Origin: Carpediemonas membranifera BICM
Lineage: Eukaryota; Protista; Fornicata
Length of the DNA: 64,000 bases
Direction of reading: 5' to 3'
Assembly: GCA_019828565.1 (NCBI GenBank)
Contig: JAHDYR010000062.1
Coordinates: 1-64,000, forward strand
The notes beneath the pieces were generated by a model. It was given only the letters and a program-made list of their open reading frames with translations, searched no databases and was not told where the DNA came from. The translations under genes and the position numbers were made by a program. This document shows, one piece after another, positions 1 to 11,481 of this stretch. The first letter of the stretch is position 1; each line of letters starts with the position of its first letter.

Positions 1-1534
1 GACGAACTTCGAGCGTTGCTCTCGTGCCCTTCAGGACCCAGGCCAGCCATGTCGAGTTCCAGCCACTAAAACTACTCCCTGTGGCTCGACGCATGGAAGG
101 GACATACCGCAACGTTCAAGATCCGCATCTACGACCCGTCAGGCTTCACGTTCCCTAACCGCATCACTCCCCCCCTTCCGACTCGTTGAGTGTCTTGCCG
201 GTGAGAAGGAGCTGACGGAGGAGGGAAAACCCTTCAACTCGTTGAGGAAGAAGTCGAGCGGATCTATCAAGCCCCTCATACCGATCAGAGGAACTGACCA
301 GGTCACCACCTTCGACCAAGTCATCGTCATGGGCGATCACGCGGCCATCAGGAAGCTGTCATCCGGCATCGAGGGGTAATGGAGGCACTATCCCCAGCCC
401 TTCAACAGCATCCGTCGAGACCACAAGGCGCTGCACCCCATTCCGGCGCACTCTCGGGTCACCTTGCATGATTTGCTCGAGCAGAAGGCAGCGTTCCACG
501 CCGTGCAGGCCGACCCCGACCGTGTGCAGGACCCGAAAGAGGAGTATGGCAACTTCTCCGACAAGAGGGCCATCTTCGAGAACCGGCCCAGAGCCCCGAG
601 TCATCCACACGGAGCGAGTTGTCTTTTGTCCTCCGATCATGCACAACTCGCACCGCCTGCTCGAGCAAGTGGCACGGCTATGCGCCAGCTTCCCCGCTGA
701 TCGGAACGCAACTGCCGTAGACAAGCGCAAGCTCCAGCGCATGTCATCCAACCGCAGTATTGACCGCACTGTCGGGTGCAACGAGCAGTCTGCTGCCAGA
801 GTTCGCATGGCGAACACCACGAACGAGGATTACGAGGCTCTTCCTGAGTCCGTCCAAGATATTGTGCGACTCATTGGCTATCTCCAGGCTCTTTACTACT
901 CAACCGAGCCTGTCACCGACAGCAAAGTCGCATTCCACTTCTTGGCCGCGTCCATGTGCCACCTGTTCCACGTCATGCTCAGTCTGCAGGCACACCAGAC
1001 AAAGCTGGCGTTGCTCCCTCCTGGGCAAGCAGACAAGGCGGAGAAGCCATGTGCCCAGACACTCTATGTCAACAGCAGGCTCACTGCCCAGCCTCTTCTT
1101 CACGATCATCTCCGAATTCCTCTTTTTTTACCTCCTCGAGGAGTTCTTTTGAGAGAGAGTTCATCAAGAACCAGGAGGTCCGAGCCGAGTTGCACAGGTC
1201 GGCCATGATCGAGAAGCTGTGTTTGACCGAGCAGACCACCCTCATCTGCACGTTCTTAACGGGTATTCGCTCGTTCGGTCGCCAGGACTACTCAGTCCCC
1301 CGCTGAACAGGCTTCGTCGTGTCCGGAGTCCACCAATGCTGCAGACAAGCTCGCTCATGGTTCGCCATTCGCAGCCACATGGAGGCAAGGCACCAATTCC
1401 ATGCCACGGCGGCGGTGGTGCGCCTCTTCCAGGAGCTCGTTGACGAGATGTGGCAGTACGTCAACGATTATACGGCTTTGGCATGGGACGAAGAGTCTGG
1501 GGGTGATGGTTTGCGAGTTGGCAGACATGGGTGA
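1..1534 (+). pseudogene. Frameshifted hypothetical gene (5' end outside window)
   Basis: Overlapping ORF pieces (464-700, 468-1208, 956-1306, 1319-1534) hand over to each other at short C/T runs; no recognisable domain. Confidence 0.4.
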
Positions 1535-1699
1535 GGAGCTTGTTTGCTGCATTTGCGGTCATGCACGCGCTGAGTAGTGAGTAAAGGAGTTTTATTGGTC
1601 AGTACATCCCATTTGGTGTGTTTTCCCCAACTACCAATTTTTTTCAACATTGGTAGTTTCACAATTTTCACATTACGTCACTTGTTTGGTGAAAAAACA

Positions 1700-2559
1700 A
1701 TGGAAACGCCACTTCCGACATGGCTGACGATGAATTTATCGCAACACAAGGCCTATATTCAATATGTCAAGCTTTCAGACAAGTCTGAGCTCTTGCCGTC
1801 TGTCAGGGCCTTCTTCAACAGAGATCTGGCGACTTCGAACCTCGACTGTCTGAACTACTCATTCGTCATGTATGTCAGACCCACTACACTTCTTGTTAAC
1901 ACAGTCTCATCGCAATTCGTGGGGTTGAGATGGACAACATCAAGGCTGCATGCCTTCTCTTCCGCGAGTCGTACAGGGAGGGGCAGACCCTGAGCGGACA
2001 ACTGCACCAGGAGCGGTTTGTCATCGGCTTACGGACAGCCGTCTCCTGCAGAGGTCTTGGGTTCGCGAGGGTGCTTCTTAGCATAGCATCTGCCGAAGAA
2101 CTCGTCCGACTGCAGTGCGACAAGCGACTCCAGGACATGTATGCGTCCTTTGGCCTCAAGGAGTCATCGGACCCGTCGCAGGTCGAGCAGCTGGTGGACA
2201 CGGGGGGCAACCCACTTGCCATTGTCACGATGGAGGGCACGATGGGTCCCAACAAGTGGACCAACCTCGGCAAGAGCCTGACAGAGTGCTGTGGGATGAT
2301 AATGCAAGGCTCTACGTTGATCCGCGTGACCAACCATGGTAATAGACTTGATCAGCACGCTCATGGGATGCCTGCTTCCGACAAGAGGAGTGTTGACTCG
2401 TTCGTGGAACGCACCCGTGTGTCCGTGCGCCGTGAACGTGCGGCAAAACGGCCTAACGTCACCCGAATCAGGCAGAAGTTGATGATTATCCGCCATTACA
2501 ACCTTCGTTCTTTCACGCTGGTCAAAGAGATCAAAGGAAACGAGGACCGAGATGCGTAA
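1700..2559 (+). CDS. GNAT-family acetyltransferase, one intron (1870-1904)
   Basis: ATG at 1700. A 35-nt intron GTATGT...TTAACACAG joins ORF 1577-1993 in frame to ORF 1930-2559. Motif A 'SCRGLGFARVLL' and motif-B-like 'LQCDKRLQDMYASFG'. Confidence 0.75.
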
Positions 2560-2650
2560 GGAGAAGAAAGCCAACTTCTGGGACAGTGAATGGAATATTT
2601 CCGTTGAGGATGACGAAGAAGTGTAAATGAAATGAAAATAAAACAAGAAT

Positions 2651-3356
2651 TTATAGCTCCTGTGCCGAACACTCTAAGTAGTAATTCATGATGGCTTGGT
2701 ATACCTTGCGACGCAGCACATCACGCGATTCAGCCTCAGCACGTTCCGCATTCCGCTTGGCAATGACAGAAGTGAGCTGACTGAGTGTCTTAGCCTCCTT
2801 CTTCAGAACTCTGGTGGGTCTGGCGAAGATGAGATCCGCGTCGCGGTCACGGCAAGGCTTGCTCAGGACGAGCTTGACGTCATCGACCGTCACACCGCAC
2901 GATGAAGCAGCGAAGGCATGGACCTTAGCCCGGTAGGCGATGGGAATGCGGTGAAAGGCATCATCCATCTCGCGGACAGTCGCGATGAGTGGGTCGTCCG
3001 TGTCCAGCTCATCTGTCTGGGCGTCAAGACTGAGGAGAGCCTTGAAGCGGTGACGCTTGTCCTCATCACCGCCTCCCTGCCACTTGCGGCTGATCTCTTC
3101 GACCGACTGGAGATTGCCGTAGAGCTTGTCCTTCTTCAAGGAGGCTACTTTCATCTTAGGGACCTCGGCGGCAAACTTCTGGCTGAAGTCGACAACCCAT
3201 CCGTTTGCGCGGGTAATATCGTCATTATTAAGGAGGAAATTGCTGATAAAGGTCTGAACGATCTCGATGGGCGTCTTGTGAGCTTTTTCGGGCTGTTTTC
3301 GTGGACTTGTTGGACTTGCTCTGGCTCTTTTGCTGCGCTTTCTTGCCAAGAGCCAT
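2651..3356 (-). CDS. Hypothetical protein with basic N-terminus
   Basis: 232-aa ORF. Probable start MALGKK at 3356 would need one indel. Convergent with the GNAT gene. Confidence 0.55.
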
Positions 3357-3744
3357 TCTCCTCTCCTTTTTGAGCTTCAGTGGCCTGTATATTGCCTTGT
3401 TTACTTCTTGCCATCGTTGTTTCCTTAAAAATGCGTGTGAAAATGTGAAATGAACTGTGACTCTCGACATTGCTGCGCAGCTATGGTATTCCAACGGCAC
3501 AGAACGGGTTTATAGCATGCATATGATCCATTCTGGTGCCTTTTATCCTCTATAACCAACATCAGTCCATCAAAAATGAATCTTGCAACAGAATACTCAT
3601 CCACACGCATCGAGAACGAAAAAAAGAAGCATATAACCAACATCAACAACCTAATAGAAGGCTGCATGCAAGCGTAGAGCTCTCCTAGTCAATTCTTCAT
3701 TTTCACCACCATCGATCTCCACGTCAGGATGAAACCGTGTGCTT

Positions 3745-4106
3745 AAAAGCTCAGAGATGCCGTTATAGATGATATAACGACGTCTCTGAGCTTTTCAGCG
3801 ATTTCAGTTTCTGGCCATGGATAAGCTACAAATCCTGTCAATGTTGTCCTCAGAGGACACTGAAAAGAATTTAATCTGTGTCCTCTGAGGACCAAATTGA
3901 CAAAATCGAAAATGGAGCGAGGAGATGTCCATCGAAAAACGGCCAAAAACAGCGCAGGTGCAGAATGAGCTGAAAAATCGGCCAAGGGGTAGCTCTTGGG
4001 TCTTTATGGCTGATCGGAGGTATTTACATGACAGCTGGCAATATTTATTGAGATAAAAACGTATTTCATTTTTTTCGAGAAAGTCTTCTGAGGACCAAAT
4101 TGACAA
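3745..4106. promoter_or_regulatory. Two inverted repeats plus a third motif copy in a divergent intergenic region
   Basis: IR 3745-3795 (AAAAGCTCAGAGA..TCTCTGAGCTTTT) and IR 3836-3902 (TGTCAA..GTCCTCAGAGGACAC/GTGTCCTCTGAGGACCAAATTGACA). TCTGAGGACCAAATTGACAA recurs directly before ATG 4106. Confidence 0.55.
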
Positions 4107-6250
4107 TGGTTAACGAAGACATCATCTCTCTCGGCAAACTGAAGGAGACAATGCTTGCTCCTGACGATTCTGGTATGTCACTTTCATTTTCACGGTCCTA
4201 TTTACACAGATGATTCATTCCGTGCATACGACGCCCTTTCGTCCACAAAGAGCCGTATAACCTGGCTGCAAGATCACGGCATCGTCTCTGATGACCCTCT
4301 GTTCTTCGTTTGCGTCCGTCTGATCAGCATTCGTACGATCAACGTTGTTTTCGGGTTCCCGCTGAAGCGCACTTTAAGCCAGCACGTTCACGACTATGGA
4401 GTTGCCAAACTACGCGCGATATGTGACGCAACTAACCGCAACTACCTCTGCGAGGTCGACTTTGACTCTCCCGACACAATTGAGGCATTCCGACGGAAGT
4501 TTTGTGACCACTTCACCGCCAAATCTGTTCATAAGGCTCTAGTCGGCGTCGACTCGCTCCCCTGTTGAGAAGCAGGTTGAGATTTACCGCGCATTCCACC
4601 TTGTGTTGCGCCACAAGGACTCGAAGAAACTCGATTCTCGTGTTCCGGCAGGCCAATTTGGCCAGTTTATCGCCCACGCCCAGCTCAGCAAGAAGCTGTC
4701 CTTCGCTGGCTCAGAGAAGCTGGCCGAGGAGTTGGCTAAGATCGGTTCGCTCGATCCGTCAGCTCCTCTGAAGAGGAAGATCGCTCGTCTTGAGAAGGAG
4801 CTCGCCTCATCGACTGCTGCTCTGATGAAGGTCCAAGAGGAGTTAGTCCGGGCCCAGGATCGCTCAGCAGCAGCCACCAAGCCTTCTTCCGTCGTTGCTG
4901 CCCCCTCAGCCGCTTCCGGTTGTCGACGCAGAGTCCACGACACACGATGAATTTTCCGACACTGACGAGTCCGAGTCCGATGGCCACTCTGAACCGGCCG
5001 CCATGCAGGGTGACGGCGTTCCTTTGCCACAGTCTGATCAAGACGTCGACGTAGAGTCCGATGTGGACGACACAGACACCGTTGGTTCTCTCCTTCAGCA
5101 GCTAGACGACACCATTGCAGGCCTTGATGATGTCCCTGAGTCTGTGCGCTTGTTGGAGCAGTACGAGCCCTTGATAAAACGGCTTGCTGAGGAGAGGGAG
5201 GCGAGGGAGGCGCTTGAACAGGCTAACAGAGAGTCTGAGGAGTCCCAGAAGAGACTTGAAGCTGAGTTAGGTCAGCAGAAGGCCGAGGATCAGGCGATCC
5301 ATCAGTTTACTCAAGCAGAGTTGGCACGGGCGAGTGAGGCTGGGCTTGAAGCGCTCGCCGATGAACTCGAGGACAACTGGGCTGAGCTTGTCAGGCGCGC
5401 CGAGGAGGCAACAGTGGAGCTTGACCGCTACGTTCCTCTCGCTGCCTTGATGGTACTGTTCCAGAGGAACAATGTGACTGGAGCCTTATGGACTCGGATC
5501 AATAGCACCATGATGAGGTACGGGGGCCAGAAGTTCATAACGGTCCCACCCCTCGACCTCGGTCTGTCGCCAGAGATGAAGGCTATCATCAAACAGCACT
5601 CTCCGACGCCTGCCAATGTTCCCCTATGCAGATATACTTACGGAGCGACGTTGATAGGCAGAAGTACATCGACGTGGAGTACGACAAGGTAGGCGAGCGA
5701 GTTCTCAAAGATCGTAAGAGTTGGCGGAAGATTGCAGTCAACCCGGATGGATTGTGCATCGGCTACCGCCTGCAGAAGGTTGAGAATGGCGAGTTCGACA
5801 AGAAGTTTGCGGCAGAGGAAGTGGCAGCAGTGAGGGGAGGAGGTGCGCGCCTGGGGATTCTCCGATGCTGGCGAGAGGCTGAGGCTTGAGACGTCTAACG
5901 TGTTCGTGCCCACCCTGATGTTCGACGATGCCACTGATTGGTACAGCAACTTTGGTGTCATGGCCTGGTCAGCTCTGAAGAGCAAGACTGTAGTCGTTAT
6001 CTGGGTCAAGATGTTGACGTACCATGACAAGTATATTGTGCGGATGCATTTGACGGAAGTTTATGAGTCCGGCATGGTCCGGCGTGGATCTGATGAAGAT
6101 GTGGCTGCGGCGCAAGCTATTGTGGTCGTCAAGGATGAGCATGCGACGCTATTTGTCCGCAAACGTTCAAAGGGTGGTAAGAGAAAGGCTCATACGACTT
6201 ATATCAAGCGCAAGGCAGTCGATAAGGATCGCGAAAAAGAGAGTTGTTGA
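4106..6250 (+). CDS. Coiled-coil protein with C-terminal OTU-like cysteine protease domain (frameshifted)
   Basis: Intron 4173-4209 (GTATGT..TACACAG) restores the frame. ORF pieces link by about four indels at C/G runs. 'NPDGLCIG' (OTU DGxC) ... 'WYSNFGVMAWS' ... 'EHATL' parallels the OTU gene at 13.9 kb. Confidence 0.55.
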
Positions 6251-6310
6251 TGCCGAGGACGTTAAGCGTGGAGTTCCCGAGTAAAAAAAGAGATGTTTTG
6301 ACATTTTAAT

Positions 6311-7122
6311 TCATTTCTTCCGCTTCTTGAGTGCCGGATACTGCTCCAGGAACCTTGTGAGATAGTTCGGATGAGAAATGGGCAGACTCGGGAACCTAGC
6401 AATGGTTAAGACCTCACCCGCATCAAAGAAGATCTCGCCGTAACTGATACGAAGAAACTCTTCGGCCTGAATGACGTTCGTCGACTCAACCGCAAGGACT
6501 GGAAGGTCCTTGAGCAAACGGTTGGTGAACTGGCAGTTGGTGTCACTCTCACTGTGGTTGATGAGGTGTACACCAATGCCTTCACCTTCGCCGGCGTCGA
6601 CGTGAAGGTTGCTAGCGTCGAATGAAATGCTGTGTAAAGGCATAATGAACAATGAACAAACACCATGTTGCTGTTATTCGCGTGGTAGTCCTCGTCGGAC
6701 ACAATCCTACCGGCGTAAATGCCGAGGAGCTTTCCGGGCTCAATTGCGGCAGTTGCAATGAGGCCTCTACCCACGTCCGTGTGGTCGGGGAGCCAGACAA
6801 GGCTGCACCTCAACGGCAATGGAGGGGTGGGTCAGCCGGGTGGATAACCAACTCGGGGGGTTCGAGGGGAGGAAGGTCCTTCTCGGCCTCCTTAAGCTCC
6901 CCTGATCGACTCCTCGGGAGTGTTTGGGTAGATCGCGGCGACCAGATCCGGATGCAGTGCCTGAGTATGCACAACGGATTCAATGATGGAATCTTCGCTT
7001 GAGGAATCCTCCTGAGAATCATTTGAAGGCGCAGACGGCGGCGTCTTGCCCGCAGTGGACGTAATGGGTATTCTGATACCCCCAGGCTGCGGCTTTGGTG
7101 GGAGCGCCTTTCTTCTCGCCAT
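6311..7122 (-). CDS. SET-domain lysine methyltransferase (frameshifted)
   Basis: 'GRGLIATAAIEPGKLLGIYAG' (6406-6819 frame) and 'HLINHS..NCQF...EEFLRISYG' (6311-6652 frame) are canonical SET motifs. Basic N-terminus MARRK at 7122. Confidence 0.8.
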
Positions 7123-7305
7123 CTGATTTTTTTGCAAACGGACACGCGGTATTTCTCGGGATTGATGGGGCCGTCTCACACCGTAAAGGACACACATACA
7201 ATATCTTATCTGTAACACCAGAATGCTTGCTTATTGTGGTCCATATCCTTCCCTATAGCTGGTTCGGCCAACTACTAGTGTTGGAAAAAAAGTGGTAGTT
7301 GCCAA

Positions 7306-8329
7306 ATGGAGAGGAAATTTGGCAAATTCGGTACCAGACGCATCAGCGACCATCCTCTCACGTATGAATGCGTCTGTGGAATCACTAGGCCGCGTTCTGA
7401 CCTTCGCAACCAGGGCCTGAAGGAATATGACGGAATCAGGTACACGCATGACTGCCCCTTCACCCTGAGCAAGCTTGTGAACCGCCGCATCGTTATCCTG
7501 CTCGAGCCAGTCCATGGCTTCGAAGCACCTACTTGTGCGAACCCGGTCTTCACTGTCACCGGGCTTGCTGGCTCCGAGGGGTACCACAAGCGCATGAAGG
7601 CCATCCTCGATCTCGTCAGCGACGAGTGGCTCACCACGGTTGCCGTCAGTTTCGTCTCGACGACCCACCTCGGCTCCATACTGCAACAGTTGGCTGCAGA
7701 ATTCGCCAATTTCGAGACATTCTGGGTTGTTTCTGGCCACAGCGAGACCACAACGTCGAGAATGATCGTTAATGCGAGCGCTAACGAGTTCCTGTACCTT
7801 CACGATATCGTACAGATGATCCTCTTCGCTTTCCGTGAGCCATCCCTCGTCACCACCAGCCGGGTTCGGCTCATCTACTTCGCCACCTGTACCGGAGCGG
7901 ACAATAGCGAGTTCTCTGCTTAAGCAGTCCATTTCGACCCAGGCATACGAGCATACGTGCATCATTCTCACTCCGGAGAAAATGCTTGCCAACGAACTCG
8001 TCCTGCAGGACTGCTTTTGGCTCTACCGCACTACATGCATGGACAACCCGCTCCACTTCGTCTCGCGTTACTTCTCCGGCTATGGGCTCGCACCTGGCAC
8101 AGCAGGGAGACGGGTTATCGCGAATGGATCAATGTCCATAACCCCGGGCGCGATTGAGATCCTCACAGCCACTCAGTTCCGCACGCCAATCCCTCTTCCC
8201 GAGATGGTCGACCTTGTTTCTGAGGTACTTGCATATAGACCACTGCAGAGATCTCCGGCGGATGTTATGGCCTCGCGCTACATTACTGAGATGACAGTTG
8301 CGCACAGAGCGGCACTGGAAGACACTTAA
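7306..8329 (+). CDS. Possible divergent protein-kinase-like (pseudokinase) gene, one frameshift
   Basis: 'FLYLHD...RVRLIYF' resembles YLH...KLIDF. 'DLVSEVLAYRPLQRSPADVMASRY' resembles kinase subdomain XI. No HRD or DFG. Confidence 0.35.
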
Positions 8330-8352
8330 AGTTCAAAATCTCCCTATTTAAC

Positions 8353-9573
8353 TTACTCAATTGGCTTCATATCCGCCACCTTCTGGTAGACAGTCATACA
8401 CTGGTCGCAGAACCTGACACGATAGTCCTGGCCGTCGAGATGGAACTCAGCATAGCTGAAGTGTTTCTCTTCGCAGAACCAGTTTAGGCACGCCCGGCAG
8501 ACGCCAGTGTCCTTTGTCGACTTGTCTCCGTCCTTGATACACGCGTGACATCTGTTAGACCTTCCTGCCAGACTGCAAGCTGCGCAAACCTTTCTGTTCT
8601 TACCATCAATCCTCTTCTCTCTGACACACTGAAGATGCATGAACTGATGGCAGAGATAGCATGTTTCATACTCGTTTCTTTTCATGTTTGGGTTGAAGTA
8701 CCATTCAGGTGAGGCACAAACAGCGCATGCGAACAGTAACTTACGCTGATATAGCTTCAGAAACGTCGCTTGCTTGAGGGCGGGGACCTTATCGTTCATT
8801 TCAACGGCCTTGGGTGACTGCTTGAGGAGATCAGTGACAGTTGTGGAGAGTGAAGCCGTCACCATCGCGGCAACCTCCTTCAAGTCAGCCTCTTCGAGCC
8901 TCGATCGCTTCTGAGCAGGCTCATGCATCTGCGCATCAAAATTAAGCTTCTTGACGGGGGAATCAGGCTTGATGGTAGCCAAGTCAGCTCTTTTTCTGAG
9001 CTTTGGTACCAATGTTGTCACTGGAGTCTTTGTGGGTGTCTCTGCGGGTGTTTCTGCTGGGGTACGTGGCTCAGGCTGGAGCTTGCGATGCTTGATCCTG
9101 ATTACAACGGCTGGAGGCCATTGAATGCCGGTGCAAGTGATCAGACTGGAGACATCGTGGAGTCCAAGTCCCCGAAACAGCACAGACATCCTGTTTCTAA
9201 ACTCCTGCAAGTGTTCAGCTGCATTTGCTCTGTCTCTGACAACCAGGTAGGGTATCTTTGTGCCAATGAGCTCTGTGCCACCCTTTCTACTTGCCACAAA
9301 TGCCTGAATGGGCTCAGTAGTCGTGCGCCTGACGGAGTTTGCAATAGCAATCTTGCGAAAGCCGTTGCAGAGGCCCGATATCACATCCTGCATGCCAAGG
9401 AGAGCGCGATGAACGTCAGAGGTCGTCAGACCGATAGTTGGGATGTCCGCGACGTCGAAAAAGCATTCCAGGAAGCTAGTCACGAACAGCCGGCGGTACT
9501 CTGTTCTCTTATCCGATCCGCAAGACGTGCCCTGCGAAATCTCAGCTTTCTTCGCAGTTTCACTGGTCGTCAT
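8353..9573 (-). CDS. Protein with C-terminal PHD-type finger and a second Cys-rich Zn finger
   Basis: Intact 406-aa ORF with CAVC..CYLC..HLQC..CAAC (C4HC3), followed by CHAC..CRAC..C..H..CDQC. Confidence 0.7.
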   Translation of the reverse strand: MTTSETAKKAEISQGTSCGSDKRTEYRRLFVTSFLECFFDVADIPTIGLTTSDVHRALLGMQDVISGLCNGFRKIAIANSVRRTTTEPIQAFVASRKGGTELIGTKIPYLVVRDRANAAEHLQEFRNRMSVLFRGLGLHDVSSLITCTGIQWPPAVVIRIKHRKLQPEPRTPAETPAETPTKTPVTTLVPKLRKRADLATIKPDSPVKKLNFDAQMHEPAQKRSRLEEADLKEVAAMVTASLSTTVTDLLKQSPKAVEMNDKVPALKQATFLKLYQRKLLFACAVCASPEWYFNPNMKRNEYETCYLCHQFMHLQCVREKRIDGKNRKVCAACSLAGRSNRCHACIKDGDKSTKDTGVCRACLNWFCEEKHFSYAEFHLDGQDYRVRFCDQCMTVYQKVADMKPIE

Positions 9574-10071
9574 ATTCTCATCTTAAGCTGCGCAGGTGTT
9601 GACGACAATGTTCCGGTTATCCACGAACGAAAGGCTTAATCATATGACCAGTTGCCTCCATGAAGTCGGCAAGATACAAGATTCTGTTCGAGAAATACGA
9701 AATCACATCACTGGGCTGAATTGCGAGGGTTTGGTGAATGAGAGGCTGAATGACACACAACACGTTCTGGAAGAGATAGGAGATATGTTTATAGATGTAA
9801 TACAGCAACTTAAAGACCACTAACACGTTATTATCACTTTGAATAAGCAATGAATGGTTATGCAACATCAGCACCTACCTACGAATCACAAGAATGCCCC
9901 TAGCACGTCGTATGCAAGCAAAAATGAGACTTACCCGTACCTTCCGCACGTTTCTCTACGTTTCACAAACGTTGGTGAAACGTGTGAAATAGTGAAAAAG
10001 ATACGGGTGAATCTCATTTTTTCTTGCAGTTTCTTGTGCAAAAGGGTGTTTATCCTCCGTATATCCCCGGA

Positions 10072-11481
10072 TTAACTGGCCATTCTAACAGTATGCTGAT
10101 AGTCCATCGGCACCTCCCCTGTGTCCACTTCCACGAACGTCGCTGGGGGAATCCCCGTCACTGCCCACGTCGCGTATCTGCTCTGGTCCACCTTGTTGGC
10201 CGGCAGGTTGGGCTCATAGAAGAGGCCGTGGCCATGGCCAACGACCTCCCCCGTCTCGACGTCCACTAGCACGAGCCCCCCCTCTGTCGGCACCGCACTG
10301 ATCCCTGCCCTCTCACTCCCAGGATCTCCACACTCGAAGTCGATAGAACCGAGGATGAGCTTCTTCTGACCCTGACTCTGCAATGCCTCCGGTAGGCTCC
10401 CTGCTGATGCACTTCCCTCTGATGCTCGGGGTATGCTCTCTTCTTCCTGCTGATCAAGCTCGGCTCCAAGGCCCCTTCTGGCGCTCACTCCTTCCGCTTG
10501 TGTCAACACGACCTTGGGTTTGGGGTCTTCCTCTTGGCTGGTCTGTGCGCCGCTCTCGTTGTCTGACTCTTCTTCCCTGTCCCTCTTTTGGCGGCGGCTG
10601 GTGGCATTGATCACCCTGGCCCTGACGTCAGAGAAGACGAGCTTGTTGCTGAGCGGCGTCTCCTGTCCTTGTGCCCTTATTGCGCCTCTGCCCTCCGTGT
10701 TGACTCCTGTCTTGCACCAAGCTGCCTGCCAGACCGCCGGCGCCTCCGGGGCCTGCAACCTGAGGATGTCCCTGCCTTCCTCCATGAATCTGGTGATCTG
10801 CCATGCTCTGCAATCTCTGATGTCGATGAGGACCTTGTAGGTGCCATCGTCCTGCTCCATAGCGATCCTGGTGACCAGGCCCTGGTTAGTGGGGTCCCAC
10901 ACCTCCTCTCCTGCGATGGCCTCGACGGCTTTCTCATCTCCATACCCTGATGTGAGCGTGAATGTGCCCGTCTCTCTGCCCTCAATGCTGTCTCTCTCAC
11001 TGTCCCACTCGATGTTGCTCTGTTCTCTCGGTTGGAGGATGGCCTCTTCGATCTTGTGGTCGGAAGGCCACTTGCTCATGTCCCTGTGCCCTGGTTGGAT
11101 GGTGACGTTCTCCTTGGCCTCTGCTAGGCGCCGTTCTTCGTCCTCTCTCGGGTCTAAGGCCTCTGTCATTGCGTAGAAGATGTCTCGAAGCCCTAGGATT
11201 CCGTTGGGGTTACGGAGGATCTCGTCTCTGTTGTTGGTGATCCCTGCGGCACGTATCACTCTCCTCGCATTCAGTATCACCTCTTTTCGTGCTCTGGAGC
11301 TAGCTCCGAACGATCTCCCTGAAAAATCTTCTGCGCGACGCAGTAGTAGCGTTCTGGTGCCCTTCTCTTCCATCAAGTAGTCCGTTAGTAGCTCTCTAAT
11401 CGTGTCCCACTCTTTTTGAGCGGATTCCCTGATCTTATCTGGTATCTCCACTCTCATCTGGTTGTTCTCTTTTCCCTGCAT
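10072..11481 (-). CDS. Hypothetical 469-aa protein; C-terminus resembles a partial DEDD (DnaQ-like) exonuclease
   Basis: Intact ORF. 'GSIDFEC...GLVLVDVETGEVV...FYEP...AVTGIP' resembles the ExoI region; ExoII and ExoIII are absent. Confidence 0.5.
   Translation of the reverse strand: MQGKENNQMRVEIPDKIRESAQKEWDTIRELLTDYLMEEKGTRTLLLRRAEDFSGRSFGASSRARKEVILNARRVIRAAGITNNRDEILRNPNGILGLRDIFYAMTEALDPREDEERRLAEAKENVTIQPGHRDMSKWPSDHKIEEAILQPREQSNIEWDSERDSIEGRETGTFTLTSGYGDEKAVEAIAGEEVWDPTNQGLVTRIAMEQDDGTYKVLIDIRDCRAWQITRFMEEGRDILRLQAPEAPAVWQAAWCKTGVNTEGRGAIRAQGQETPLSNKLVFSDVRARVINATSRRQKRDREEESDNESGAQTSQEEDPKPKVVLTQAEGVSARRGLGAELDQQEEESIPRASEGSASAGSLPEALQSQGQKKLILGSIDFECGDPGSERAGISAVPTEGGLVLVDVETGEVVGHGHGLFYEPNLPANKVDQSRYATWAVTGIPPATFVEVDTGEVPMDYQHTVRMAS

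Noticed and set aside
4106-8329. Programmed frameshifting or an alternative genetic code for the broken genes
   Set aside because: Breaks mostly coincide with homopolymer runs, and housekeeping genes use the standard code intact. Assembly indels or decay are simpler explanations.
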